Positions 9,179 to 18,229 of a DNA stretch of 64,000 nt are shown here, piece by piece. The notes beneath the pieces are model-generated. The model worked only from the letters and a program-made list of their open reading frames with translations. It did not search any database and had not been told where the DNA came from. Both the position numbers and the translations under genes were made by a program. This DNA is from Candidatus Magasanikbacteria bacterium RIFCSPHIGHO2_01_FULL_33_34 (GTDB taxonomy: Bacteria; Patescibacteriota; Patescibacteriia; Magasanikbacterales; UBA922), in the NCBI GenBank assembly GCA_001782825.1, contig MFPS01000007.1, forward strand, positions 84,487-148,486, written 5' to 3'. The first letter of the stretch is position 1. Every line of letters starts with the position of its first letter.

Positions 9179-10180
9179 TTATTCAAGCATGTCCAAAAGT
9201 TTTTTTAAACCTTCTTCGTCCAACCATTTATCATTTTTATGACTAGCAAAGAAAAATCCTTCTGGAACTTCTTTACCCCTTATATAATTATCTGACTCAT
9301 CCCACCATTTATCATCTTGATAATCAGGAAAAATTATATAATGATTATCAAACTCACGTACATTACGTGCTTCTTCTGGAGTAATCAAAGATTCATGTAA
9401 TTTTTCTCCTGGACGAATACCAATATACTTTAATCTACAACCTGGGGCACAAACTTGTATTAAATCTTTAATACCCATACTAGGAATTTTTGGAATAAAA
9501 ATTTCTCCACCTCTCATATCATTCAAAGAATCCAAAACAAATTCAATACCCTGATCCAAAGTAATCCAAAAACGAGTCATTTTTTCGTCTGTTATAGTTA
9601 TTTCTCCACTTGCTTTTTGCTTTGCAATCACTCCAATTATACTGCCACGGCTACCAAACACATTACCATATCTCACAACACTCAACTTTGTACCACCAAG
9701 TCCAGAATAAAAATTACTATTTACTACCAATTTTTCAGCACAAAGTTTTGTGGCTCCATACAAATTGGCTGGATTAGCTGCCTTGTCAGTTGATATAAGT
9801 AAAACTTTTTTAACACCTTTTTCAATCGCCGCATTTACTACATTCTCTGTGCCAAGTATATTCGTCTTAATTGCTTCTGTAGGATTATATTCAAGAGCAG
9901 GAACTTGTTTCAAAGCTGCCGCATGCACAACATAATCAACCCCTTGAAATGCGCGCTTTAGACGATCTAAATCTCTAACATCGCCAATAAAAAAACGTAA
10001 CCTATCTCTGTGTTCTGCAAAAGTTATTTTCATCTCATGCTGTTTCAATTCATCACGACTAAACACTATAATTCTTTTAGCACCACTTTTCATTAATAAT
10101 GTTTTTACAAAAGCTTGACCAAAAGAACCAGTACCACCAGTAACCAAAATAGATGAATCTACCAAAAAATCTAATGACAT
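9179..10180 (-). CDS. UDP-GlcNAc 4,6-dehydratase (inverting), PseB/FlaA1/CapD-like
   Basis: ILVTGGTGSFGQAFVKTLL...KRIIVFSRDELKQHEM is typical of PseB. The track start at 10240 overlaps a predicted promoter, so the internal Met (MSLDFLVDSS) was chosen. Confidence 0.7.
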   Translation of the reverse strand: MSLDFLVDSSILVTGGTGSFGQAFVKTLLMKSGAKRIIVFSRDELKQHEMKITFAEHRDRLRFFIGDVRDLDRLKRAFQGVDYVVHAAALKQVPALEYNPTEAIKTNILGTENVVNAAIEKGVKKVLLISTDKAANPANLYGATKLCAEKLVVNSNFYSGLGGTKLSVVRYGNVFGSRGSIIGVIAKQKASGEITITDEKMTRFWITLDQGIEFVLDSLNDMRGGEIFIPKIPSMGIKDLIQVCAPGCRLKYIGIRPGEKLHESLITPEEARNVREFDNHYIIFPDYQDDKWWDESDNYIRGKEVPEGFFFASHKNDKWLDEEGLKKLLDMLE

Positions 10181-10211
10181 ATTTATTTTACAAATTAATA
10201 TAACGCCTCTT

Positions 10212-10240
10212 ACTTTAGCAAAAAAATACAAAAATTGCAA
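10212..10240 (-). promoter_or_regulatory. Sigma-70-like promoter candidate for the PseB-like operon (TTGCAA-N17-TAAAGT)
   Basis: On the minus strand, -35 TTGCAA (10235-10240), a 17-nt spacer, and -10 TAAAGT (10212-10217), about 30 nt upstream of the chosen start codon. Confidence 0.3.
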
Positions 10241-10318
10241 GTTGTATTGTCTTGATTTTTAAAAAATAAAAAAATAGCTAATTTAAGCTAAAAATATAAT
10301 CAAAAAACAAAATAAAAA

Positions 10319-11464
10319 CTACTTAATTTGTAAAACCTTTTTATATATTTTTATATACTCACCTGCTATTTTATTCCATCTATGATTTTCTGCATACTTT
10401 TTACCAGCCTCCCCCATTTGTTTAGCTAAATCTTGATCTTTTAATATTTTTATAATAGCCTCAGCGGTAGAATCAATATCATTTTCTGGTACAAGAATGC
10501 CAGTCTTACCATCTAAAATTGCATCTGGTACACCTCCTGAACGACTACCAACAACCGGTTTGCCAGTAGCACCAGCCTCCAAATAAACTATACCAAACCC
10601 CTCAAAAGCGCCATCTGCATTCCTTGGAGTATGACAATAAACATCACACATATGAAAATATGCCGGCAACTCTTCATCACTTACCCGTCCAGCAAATAAT
10701 ATAATCTTCTCCAGTTTTAATTCTTTGACCAAATCTTTCAAACTTTTTTCATCAGTTCCAGAGCCAACCAATACATAAATTGCATTTGGCACAACTTTGA
10801 TCACTTTTTGCATAGCTCTAATTACAATATCAAAACCTTTTCTACTTTTAAGCGCACCCACACCTATTACAATTTTTTTATCTACTCCATATTTTTCTCT
10901 CAATTCTTTTATATCAACTTCTTTTTCAAATCTAGCGTAATTAACACCGGCATGAACTACGTCTATCTTATTTTCACTTATATTATATCTTTGCTTAGCG
11001 ACATTCATTGTAAAATTACTAATTGCGTTTACATTGACAGCCTGCTTATAAGTTTTACTAAACAAAAAATTATCCGGAAAACTTTTAAAAGGTTTATAAA
11101 ATGTACCACACAAAGTAATAATGTATGGAATTTTTTTATGAGAATTTATCATAGCCGAAAAAGCATATGGAAAATCAAGCGCATGAATCAAATCTGTTTT
11201 TCCAACCAATGCTTTGTTATTGACATAATTCCATAATCTTTTTGGATTTCTAAAAGACCATGCAAACTCAGGTAAAGTAAAATGGACTTTATCTACAAAA
11301 CTGAAATTGTCTGTATATCCTTTATTTTTCTCAGATTTAGGTAAATACAAATCAAACTCTAATTCATCACGATAAAAATTAAAATATGAAGTACAAAGTT
11401 CTGAAGCAACTGCGCCCCATCCATTTTTTTTATCAGCTGACGAACTAAAAAAAGCAATCTTCAT
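10319..11464 (-). CDS. GT4 (GT-B fold) glycosyltransferase
   Basis: C-terminal EGFGIVYLEAGATGKPVVGSRSGGVPD is the characteristic GT4 nucleotide-sugar binding motif. 381 aa. Confidence 0.7.
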   Translation of the reverse strand: MKIAFFSSSADKKNGWGAVASELCTSYFNFYRDELEFDLYLPKSEKNKGYTDNFSFVDKVHFTLPEFAWSFRNPKRLWNYVNNKALVGKTDLIHALDFPYAFSAMINSHKKIPYIITLCGTFYKPFKSFPDNFLFSKTYKQAVNVNAISNFTMNVAKQRYNISENKIDVVHAGVNYARFEKEVDIKELREKYGVDKKIVIGVGALKSRKGFDIVIRAMQKVIKVVPNAIYVLVGSGTDEKSLKDLVKELKLEKIILFAGRVSDEELPAYFHMCDVYCHTPRNADGAFEGFGIVYLEAGATGKPVVGSRSGGVPDAILDGKTGILVPENDIDSTAEAIIKILKDQDLAKQMGEAGKKYAENHRWNKIAGEYIKIYKKVLQIK

Positions 11465-11640
11465 AATTAGTGTGAATTAATTTATAAATATAAAATAGAA
11501 TTAATAATTAGAGATTATTATGAGCGGATTTGATGCCACAAAAGACATCACCCTCGGAGCCACAGCGAGAATGAGCGAATGATAATCTCTAATTATTAAT
11601 TATTCTATTAAATAATAATTTTTAAATTAATTCACACTAC
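11465..11640. promoter_or_regulatory. Nested-hairpin intergenic element A, carrying the conserved core GGATTTGAT-N15-CATCACCCTCGGAGCC-ANNGCGAGAATGAG. Candidate cis-regulatory leader or structured RNA.
   Basis: Outer stem 11469-11484 pairs with 11622-11637 (16 bp). Inner stem 11498-11520 pairs with 11580-11605. The loop 11521-11580 matches the loops of elements B (20821-20932) and C (42488-42562). Abuts the start codon of the GT4 gene at 11464. Confidence 0.45.
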
Positions 11641-11738
11641 TCATTAATTATTCAATCCTGGACTTTTTACCTAAAAAAGGCTAAAATTATATTACTATTA
11701 AATTAATCTTACTCTATATAGACTTCAATTTCAAGCAT

Positions 11739-13196
11739 ATGAGCAAAGAGGGTGTTTTAGGAAAATCAATCAAAAGTGGGAAATGGTTATCTATTGGTTA
11801 TGTAATTCAAAGAACTTTAGGCATAGCCTCTTTTGTTGTTTTAGCTAGAATTTTAAGTCCAGAAGATTTTGGTGTAATGGCAGTAGTACTCATTGTGCCA
11901 AATTTTTTACAAGCCACCACTGAAATGGGTTTTTATCCAGCCATTATCCAATCTGAAGGGTCATTTAAAAAATATCTTGATCCTATCTGGACCATAGGTA
12001 TTATAAAATCCATCATTATCTTAATTGTTACTTTTTTTGGCGCGCCAATAATTGCAGATTTTTTAAACGCCGAGCATATAGAAAGTGCAATTAAATTGGG
12101 TGGTATATTTTCTTTTATTCTACGTCTTGGCAATCCAGCAGAAGTAACCACTTACAGAAATGTAGAATTTAAAAATGTATTTGTACGCGATACAGTCCGT
12201 GAAATTACATACATAACCATCGCTATAATTTCTGCAATACTCCTCAAATCATACTGGGCTCTAATCATTGCTACATTTGCTTCTAAAATTGCTCAAGTTA
12301 CTATAACATATATTCAATATTCATACAGACCACATTTTTCTTTTCACTGGAAAAAATTAAAAGAACTATTTGGTTATAGTAAATGGATTATAGGACAAGG
12401 TTGGTTAAATCAAATTTACAGCGCAACTGAAAGTATGACCATCACTAGATTGTCTGGTATATATAATATGGGTCTATATACAAAAGGAAAAAACCTAGCT
12501 AGTGTTGGTCCTGGTTTTATAAGTTCAATCATGAATCAAGTAAGTTTCTCTGCATATTCAAGATTAAAAGATTCTCTAGATAAAATAAATGATGGCTTCA
12601 AAAAAAGCTTAGATATTCTTTTCTTTTTTGTAGTTCCAGTTGGTTTTTTATTATTAACAGCTGGTGGCAAATTAATACTTATATTTTTAGGAGAAAAATG
12701 GCTACCTATGAACGGCACAATGCAAATAATGTTTATCTATTTTTCACTTAATCTAATTTTGGAAATACTATATGCACTTTTCAACGGCGTCGGACACCCA
12801 CAAAAAAAAGTTAAGATGGATATGATCAAAATTGTTTTAACTCTCAGTATGATTATTCCTTTTACAAAAATGTATGGCATTATTGGAGCAGCCTTGGCAC
12901 TATTGTTTGGCATGCTACCAGTCCTTTTAATCGCATTAATACATTTGAAAAAAATTACAAAAATAAGTTACAAAGAAATATTTAAAACCACTTATTCCCC
13001 AGCAACCCTATCAATATTTATGATGATGCCAATTATAATCTTCAAAGATAGTTTCTTATCATGGAACACTTCAATGCTATTATTATACGGAGCTTTTTCT
13101 GGAATTTTTTACTTGGGCGGTACCTATATAATGGGTAAAAAATTAAATACAGGCCCATACAAAACCATAGAAACTATTTTAAAACATGTATTATAA
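11739..13196 (+). CDS. Polysaccharide biosynthesis / oligosaccharide flippase (Wzx-like, MOP superfamily)
   Basis: 485 aa, about 12-14 predicted TM helices, N-terminal polysaccharide-biosynthesis-protein-like region. Confidence 0.6.
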   Translation: MSKEGVLGKSIKSGKWLSIGYVIQRTLGIASFVVLARILSPEDFGVMAVVLIVPNFLQATTEMGFYPAIIQSEGSFKKYLDPIWTIGIIKSIIILIVTFFGAPIIADFLNAEHIESAIKLGGIFSFILRLGNPAEVTTYRNVEFKNVFVRDTVREITYITIAIISAILLKSYWALIIATFASKIAQVTITYIQYSYRPHFSFHWKKLKELFGYSKWIIGQGWLNQIYSATESMTITRLSGIYNMGLYTKGKNLASVGPGFISSIMNQVSFSAYSRLKDSLDKINDGFKKSLDILFFFVVPVGFLLLTAGGKLILIFLGEKWLPMNGTMQIMFIYFSLNLILEILYALFNGVGHPQKKVKMDMIKIVLTLSMIIPFTKMYGIIGAALALLFGMLPVLLIALIHLKKITKISYKEIFKTTYSPATLSIFMMMPIIIFKDSFLSWNTSMLLLYGAFSGIFYLGGTYIMGKKLNTGPYKTIETILKHVL

Positions 13197-13200
13197 AATA

Positions 13201-13230
13201 AAAAATAGTCTAATTAATTAGACTATTTTT
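13201..13230. terminator. Bidirectional intrinsic terminator (perfect 30-bp palindrome) between convergent genes
   Basis: AAAAATAGTCTAATTAATTAGACTATTTTT with flanking A and T runs. Confidence 0.5.
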
Positions 13231-13234
13231 TATT

Positions 13235-14362
13235 TTATACTTTTTTAAACGCCATCATAAAGTAAGAAGTAAACAAATCACGCAAATCTATATCAGCCCT
13301 AAAATGATTTATATCACGCAAGACTTCCTTGGCATTTATATCTCTATTTATTGGATCTCCAGGTTTATAAGTTTCGTCAATTGTATCGCTCAAAAACGGT
13401 ACAACTAATGGTTTAAAAGCAATCAAATTTAAACCAGCATCATAACTGTGATCAACATATTGCTTGATTGACGTTCTGGTTGGATCATGATGATTGTATA
13501 ATTTTTCTACATACTCTAGTTCATCTGGTTTGAATTCCTGATAATATTTCTTTATATCCTCAAGTGTCATACGTTTCTCAAAATAAGGAAAATCTCCAGA
13601 CAAACCAGTCACAGGACCCGGCCCCCAAGTATAACGTTCAAAAAAAGCAAAAACCCCACCCGGTTCTAACATACTAGACACTTTCTCAACCAATTTCTTG
13701 TAATCTATTAAACATAAAGCCAAAAAGCATGTAGCCATATCAAACTTACCATCAACACTAGTATTTAAAAAATCACCAACCATAAACTTGTCTACATCAG
13801 CTTCTCTTTTAAAATTGAAATTATAAAAATTTTTCTTTGATGGCTCCACACCACACATTGTCATATGACGACGAGATTTTTTACCAGGAAATAATTTCCC
13901 CAAAATTGGCGCAGTGATTGGATTATCCTCCAAAAGCATTTCACCCCATTTATGCTTTTTTTGATTTTGTATTATTTTTTTCATTTTTTCTGCAAAATCA
14001 GGGTCATTACCATCCATCAAATCAGCCGAAACAGCGTACTTTGAGTGTTGCGCGCGAAAAAGAGCCGCATGAATCCCCTCTCTTCCACCAATATCAATAG
14101 ACCTATTGTAGCCTTCTTTTGGCAAAAGTCCATTATCCTCCAAAAAATCCATCAAGAGCGCATAGGTTATCACATCACGTCCAAAATTATCTACTTCAAT
14201 ATTTATAGAACTTCCTTCTACATAATGCAATCTTTCATATACTTCATTCAATTTCTTTCCAGCAAGTGCTTTTTTCTTATTAAAACCAGTACTATCTCCA
14301 TATCCTGGTATCAATTCTATTTTCTCACCAAATTGAGTAGTAAAAAATTGCTTTCCTTCCAT
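13235..14362 (-). CDS. Hypothetical protein, possibly a class I SAM-dependent methyltransferase
   Basis: IDIGGREGIHAALF (degenerate motif I) and MLEPGGVFAFF (motif-II-like). 375 aa. Confidence 0.35.
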   Translation of the reverse strand: MEGKQFFTTQFGEKIELIPGYGDSTGFNKKKALAGKKLNEVYERLHYVEGSSINIEVDNFGRDVITYALLMDFLEDNGLLPKEGYNRSIDIGGREGIHAALFRAQHSKYAVSADLMDGNDPDFAEKMKKIIQNQKKHKWGEMLLEDNPITAPILGKLFPGKKSRRHMTMCGVEPSKKNFYNFNFKREADVDKFMVGDFLNTSVDGKFDMATCFLALCLIDYKKLVEKVSSMLEPGGVFAFFERYTWGPGPVTGLSGDFPYFEKRMTLEDIKKYYQEFKPDELEYVEKLYNHHDPTRTSIKQYVDHSYDAGLNLIAFKPLVVPFLSDTIDETYKPGDPINRDINAKEVLRDINHFRADIDLRDLFTSYFMMAFKKV

Positions 14363-14482
14363 AATTTTAATTTAAATTAATATAGGTATAATAATAACAA
14401 ATATACCAAATTGATACAATACCCTTGATTTTTAGCCATATTTTGATACAATAAACTCATTATATTAATTTTCTCTTACCTT

Positions 14483-15967
14483 ATGAAAGGATGTATTGTA
14501 TTACAAGGAGACTATGCCAAACTTGGACACTCAATAGCGGTAGCCCTTAAAAATCACGGGTTTACTGATTTTTGTGGATATATATTTACACCACACGCAA
14601 AACAATTAATAGAATCCCAAAATGACATCCAATATACCCAATTGCTAGTTGATCATGAATTACACGAAGGCTACGAAAAAATTGAAATAGATTATGATTT
14701 TATAAAAGAATTTGAAAAAGAATATGGTAATCCAAACTTATGGCCTTTTTTCTATGGAGATAGACAACTACTCCTATCTACTCCACCACTAGACGAGACG
14801 ACCATGGAAATAAACGCAAAATACAACTACGAAGATCTTTTGCGAATTTTTCTATCACGCGTCAAAAAAATTGAAAAAATGATTAACGAAGAAAAACCTG
14901 ATTTCATATTTTTCTTCACAGTTGGCACAATAGCGCATAAAATACTTTTTCATATTGCTAAAAAAAAAGGTATAAAAACTTTTGTAATACACGAAGGTCG
15001 CATTGGTAGCAAAGTCACAGTGTCCGAAAACTACAGTACCATAACTGAAGTTGAAGAATTATTTAAAAACCCAGAGAATATCAAATCAGAAAATATTGAA
15101 CAAGCAAAAAAAATAATAAAAAAATTCAGAGAAACTGGCTCACTACAATTAGAATTTTATACCGAAACAGAAAATAAATTTATAAGAAAAAAACTAAACC
15201 CATTTAAAAAAATACACAATAGTTTAAATTGGCTATTCAAACTTACCAAAAATTATTTCAAAAATAAAAAATTATTTTTGTATGGTGTAACATCTTTAAA
15301 CCCACTTAGATTTGCTTATTATCAACTAAGAAAAAAAGTAAGAAAACTGATTGGCTTTAATAAATTTTATTCTGAACCAAAAAATGAAAGATATGCTTTT
15401 TATCCACTACACATGGAACCAGAACAGGCTATTTTAGATTATGCTCCATACTATATAAACCAAACCGCCTTAATAGAACAAATCGCCAGATCATTGCCAA
15501 TTGATATGAAACTATATATAAAAGACCACCCAACTATGGCTTTCAAAAGAACTAGATCTTTTTACAAAAAACTTCTAAATATTCCAAATGTAAAAATAAT
15601 TAACCACAAAACCAGATCATTTGAAATAATTAAAAACTCTACTATTATAATTACTACTACCAGCACAGTTGGCTGGGAAGCGCTATTTTTGAAAAAACCA
15701 GTTATAACTTTTGGTAATGTTTACTATAATATTTTTCCAACTGTCAAAAAATGCAATGAAATAGAAAAATTGTATGAAATGATTAATGAACAAATAGCCA
15801 ATACTAATTTTGATGATGAGCTATTTAGCAAATTAGTCGCATCAGTTTTGCAAGACTCAGTAGATATGCGTCTAAACAGTCTATGGTATGAAGATTTTGA
15901 AAAAATAAAAAGCGACAAAGGCATTAAAGCTTTTGCAGAACTAATAGCAAATAAGGTTAAAAAATAA
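14483..15967 (+). CDS. Capsule-polysaccharide-biosynthesis (KpsC/KpsS/LpsZ-like, Capsule_synth) family protein
   Basis: 494 aa; C-terminal YIKDHP...STVGWEALFLKKPVITFG resembles the Capsule_synth fold of beta-Kdo transferases. Confidence 0.4.
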   Translation: MKGCIVLQGDYAKLGHSIAVALKNHGFTDFCGYIFTPHAKQLIESQNDIQYTQLLVDHELHEGYEKIEIDYDFIKEFEKEYGNPNLWPFFYGDRQLLLSTPPLDETTMEINAKYNYEDLLRIFLSRVKKIEKMINEEKPDFIFFFTVGTIAHKILFHIAKKKGIKTFVIHEGRIGSKVTVSENYSTITEVEELFKNPENIKSENIEQAKKIIKKFRETGSLQLEFYTETENKFIRKKLNPFKKIHNSLNWLFKLTKNYFKNKKLFLYGVTSLNPLRFAYYQLRKKVRKLIGFNKFYSEPKNERYAFYPLHMEPEQAILDYAPYYINQTALIEQIARSLPIDMKLYIKDHPTMAFKRTRSFYKKLLNIPNVKIINHKTRSFEIIKNSTIIITTTSTVGWEALFLKKPVITFGNVYYNIFPTVKKCNEIEKLYEMINEQIANTNFDDELFSKLVASVLQDSVDMRLNSLWYEDFEKIKSDKGIKAFAELIANKVKK

Positions 15968-15969
15968 TT

Positions 15970-16692
15970 ATGGACTTATCTATTGTGGTGCCAATTTACA
16001 ATGAAGAAAAGCTACTCAGAAATTCTATTGAACAGATATATAATTTTTTAAAAGAAGCAAAAAAAATTGATTCATACGAAGTCATATGTATTGATGATGG
16101 TAGCACAGACACGACTAGACAAATACTTGAAACATTAAAAATCCAATATCCTGACATTATTATAAACCAAAAAAGACCAAACCACGGAAAGGGATACTCT
16201 GTCAAAGAAGGTATACAAATGTCCACAAAAAACTATGTGGTATTTTTTGACGCCGACCTCTCTACACCTCTATATGAAATAAACAATTTTATAGACGAAA
16301 TGAACAATACTCAACCTGATATAATAATTGGCAGTAGAAATAATGAAAAATCAAAAACAAAACGATCATTCAAACGTACTCTCATAAGTAAAACATTTGC
16401 TATACTAAAAAAATTAATTTGTAATATTTACTACCAAGATACACAATGTGGTTTCAAATTTTTTAAAACTAATACAGCCAAAGATATTTTTGAAAAAATA
16501 ACAATAAATGGTTTTACTTTTGATGTAGAGATGTTGGTAATAGCAAAAAATAAAGACTATTCCATAAAAGAAAAACCAATTGAATGGGTTGAAGCAAAAA
16601 CTACTTCCCTGAATATTTTCAGACAAGTTTTCAAAATGTTAAATGATTTATTTTATATAAGAAAAAATATCAAAAAAGGACTATACAACTAG
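15970..16692 (+). CDS. GT2 polyprenol-phosphate glycosyltransferase (Dpm1/ArnC/GtrB-like)
   Basis: SIVVPIYNEEKLL...ICIDDGSTDTT...FFDADLSTP...QCGFKFF. 240 aa. Confidence 0.7.
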   Translation: MDLSIVVPIYNEEKLLRNSIEQIYNFLKEAKKIDSYEVICIDDGSTDTTRQILETLKIQYPDIIINQKRPNHGKGYSVKEGIQMSTKNYVVFFDADLSTPLYEINNFIDEMNNTQPDIIIGSRNNEKSKTKRSFKRTLISKTFAILKKLICNIYYQDTQCGFKFFKTNTAKDIFEKITINGFTFDVEMLVIAKNKDYSIKEKPIEWVEAKTTSLNIFRQVFKMLNDLFYIRKNIKKGLYN

Positions 16693-18149
16693 TCCTTAAT
16701 TTTATATAAAATGTGCTTCCCTTCTCTCTTTACTTCTTCAAAATTTTCTTCTAACTCTGACAAATAATCTTTTAATAACTCATTATCTTCTGGATATATT
16801 GCTACGATATAATCTGGATAAGGAAATTCTTTAAACAAATTTTTACCCACACGTAAATGACTATTTATCCTATAATTGTGATAAGTATTTTTATGTTGCA
16901 CCAAAAACCCAATTGCCGCCTGATCCACCATAAACAAAACCTTGTCTTCTTCTATATTTTTATTTAAATATTCAGCAAATATTCTTGGCGATTTGTTATG
17001 GTACAAAATATCCCCCCTACTATTTATCAAATGAAAAGTCTGTACAGATAGCAAAAAAATAAAAGCAAATCCAAGTATTTTTTTAATATAAACTTTATGA
17101 TCAAAATATTTTTTACAATACAAAAATGCAGGCCCAGCAAAAATCAAAGCTATAATATGAGCTGGAAAAAAATATCTATACCAACCTGGACTTTTCAAAA
17201 AGTATACAACATCTACCACAAGAAAAATCCAAAAAATCATCTCTTCTCTACTTAATTTTCTACTATTACTTTTAATCTTAAAAAAACAAAAGAAAACAAC
17301 CAATAAAAGAAAATGTATAGGTGTACTTTCTGTAAAAAACTTTAAAAAATTAGCCTTAAGAGTTCCTTCATTGGTAATTTGAGAATTACTATAATAATCA
17401 AAAGTTTCTTTTAAATATCCTATTGTAAGCTCTCCTGGAAATAATGTTTTAAACCAAAGAAACAAAGGCAAAATCATGCCCACAAACAAAAGCAACCACC
17501 TTTTCCACTCCACTCTTTTACTTTTATACGCAAAATATAACTCTTCTACTGCCAGCGCAAAAAGTATTGGCAAAAACAATGGTTTGGTTGCTACGCATAT
17601 ACCAATCAAAAACCCAGCCAAAAGCGTCTTCCAGATTTTCTCACTATTTAAAAAGAAAAAAGAAGCTAACAAAAAAGTTATTCCTGGCAATTCCCCATTT
17701 GCACCCGTAAGACCATTTCCATATAATGGCAAAAATGATACCAACAAGGCAATACTTATATAAGCCGACTTTTCTGAATACCTATCCTTTACAAAGAAAA
17801 AAGTCAAAAATAAAAAAACAAAAATAAACATTATCATCACAATCTTTACTTGCCACAACCCAATACCAAACAATAAAAAAGATAAAGCAATTGGCGCTAA
17901 AACTGGATAATTATTTGTTATCAACCACGGCAATTGAGACACATAATCTTCTGGTGAAAGCCTAAAGCTATAAACCCCCGTCTCTACCCATGTTTTAACT
18001 ATTCCTATATTTATACCCTCATCCAACCAAGGAGACGGGCTATCTGGAAAACCATAAAAAATAGAATATAAAAATATACCCAATATTATCGGTATCAATA
18101 TTTTCTTATAATTTTTATCCAAAAAAGAAACGGCTTTGTTTATATTCAT
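16689..18149 (-). CDS. GT-C fold membrane glycosyltransferase (ArnT/PMT-like, GT39/GT83-type)
   Basis: 486 aa, about 11-13 TM helices, periplasmic-loop acidic residues near the N-terminus, C-terminal soluble domain. Confidence 0.55.
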   Translation of the reverse strand: MNINKAVSFLDKNYKKILIPIILGIFLYSIFYGFPDSPSPWLDEGINIGIVKTWVETGVYSFRLSPEDYVSQLPWLITNNYPVLAPIALSFLLFGIGLWQVKIVMIMFIFVFLFLTFFFVKDRYSEKSAYISIALLVSFLPLYGNGLTGANGELPGITFLLASFFFLNSEKIWKTLLAGFLIGICVATKPLFLPILFALAVEELYFAYKSKRVEWKRWLLLFVGMILPLFLWFKTLFPGELTIGYLKETFDYYSNSQITNEGTLKANFLKFFTESTPIHFLLLVVFFCFFKIKSNSRKLSREEMIFWIFLVVDVVYFLKSPGWYRYFFPAHIIALIFAGPAFLYCKKYFDHKVYIKKILGFAFIFLLSVQTFHLINSRGDILYHNKSPRIFAEYLNKNIEEDKVLFMVDQAAIGFLVQHKNTYHNYRINSHLRVGKNLFKEFPYPDYIVAIYPEDNELLKDYLSELEENFEEVKREGKHILYKIKD

Positions 18150-18229
18150 AATTATGATAATATATCTCTATCCTAAGGATTTAACCATAAAATACAATAT
18201 TTTTCAAATTTTATGGACATAAATATATT

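Noticed and set aside
11465-11640. Possibility that elements A/B/C or the hairpins at 59850-59950 are tRNA or tmRNA genes
   Set aside because: There is no cloverleaf, no GTTCRANYC T-loop and no anticodon arm. CCTCGGAGCC is not an acceptor/CCA end in a tRNA context.
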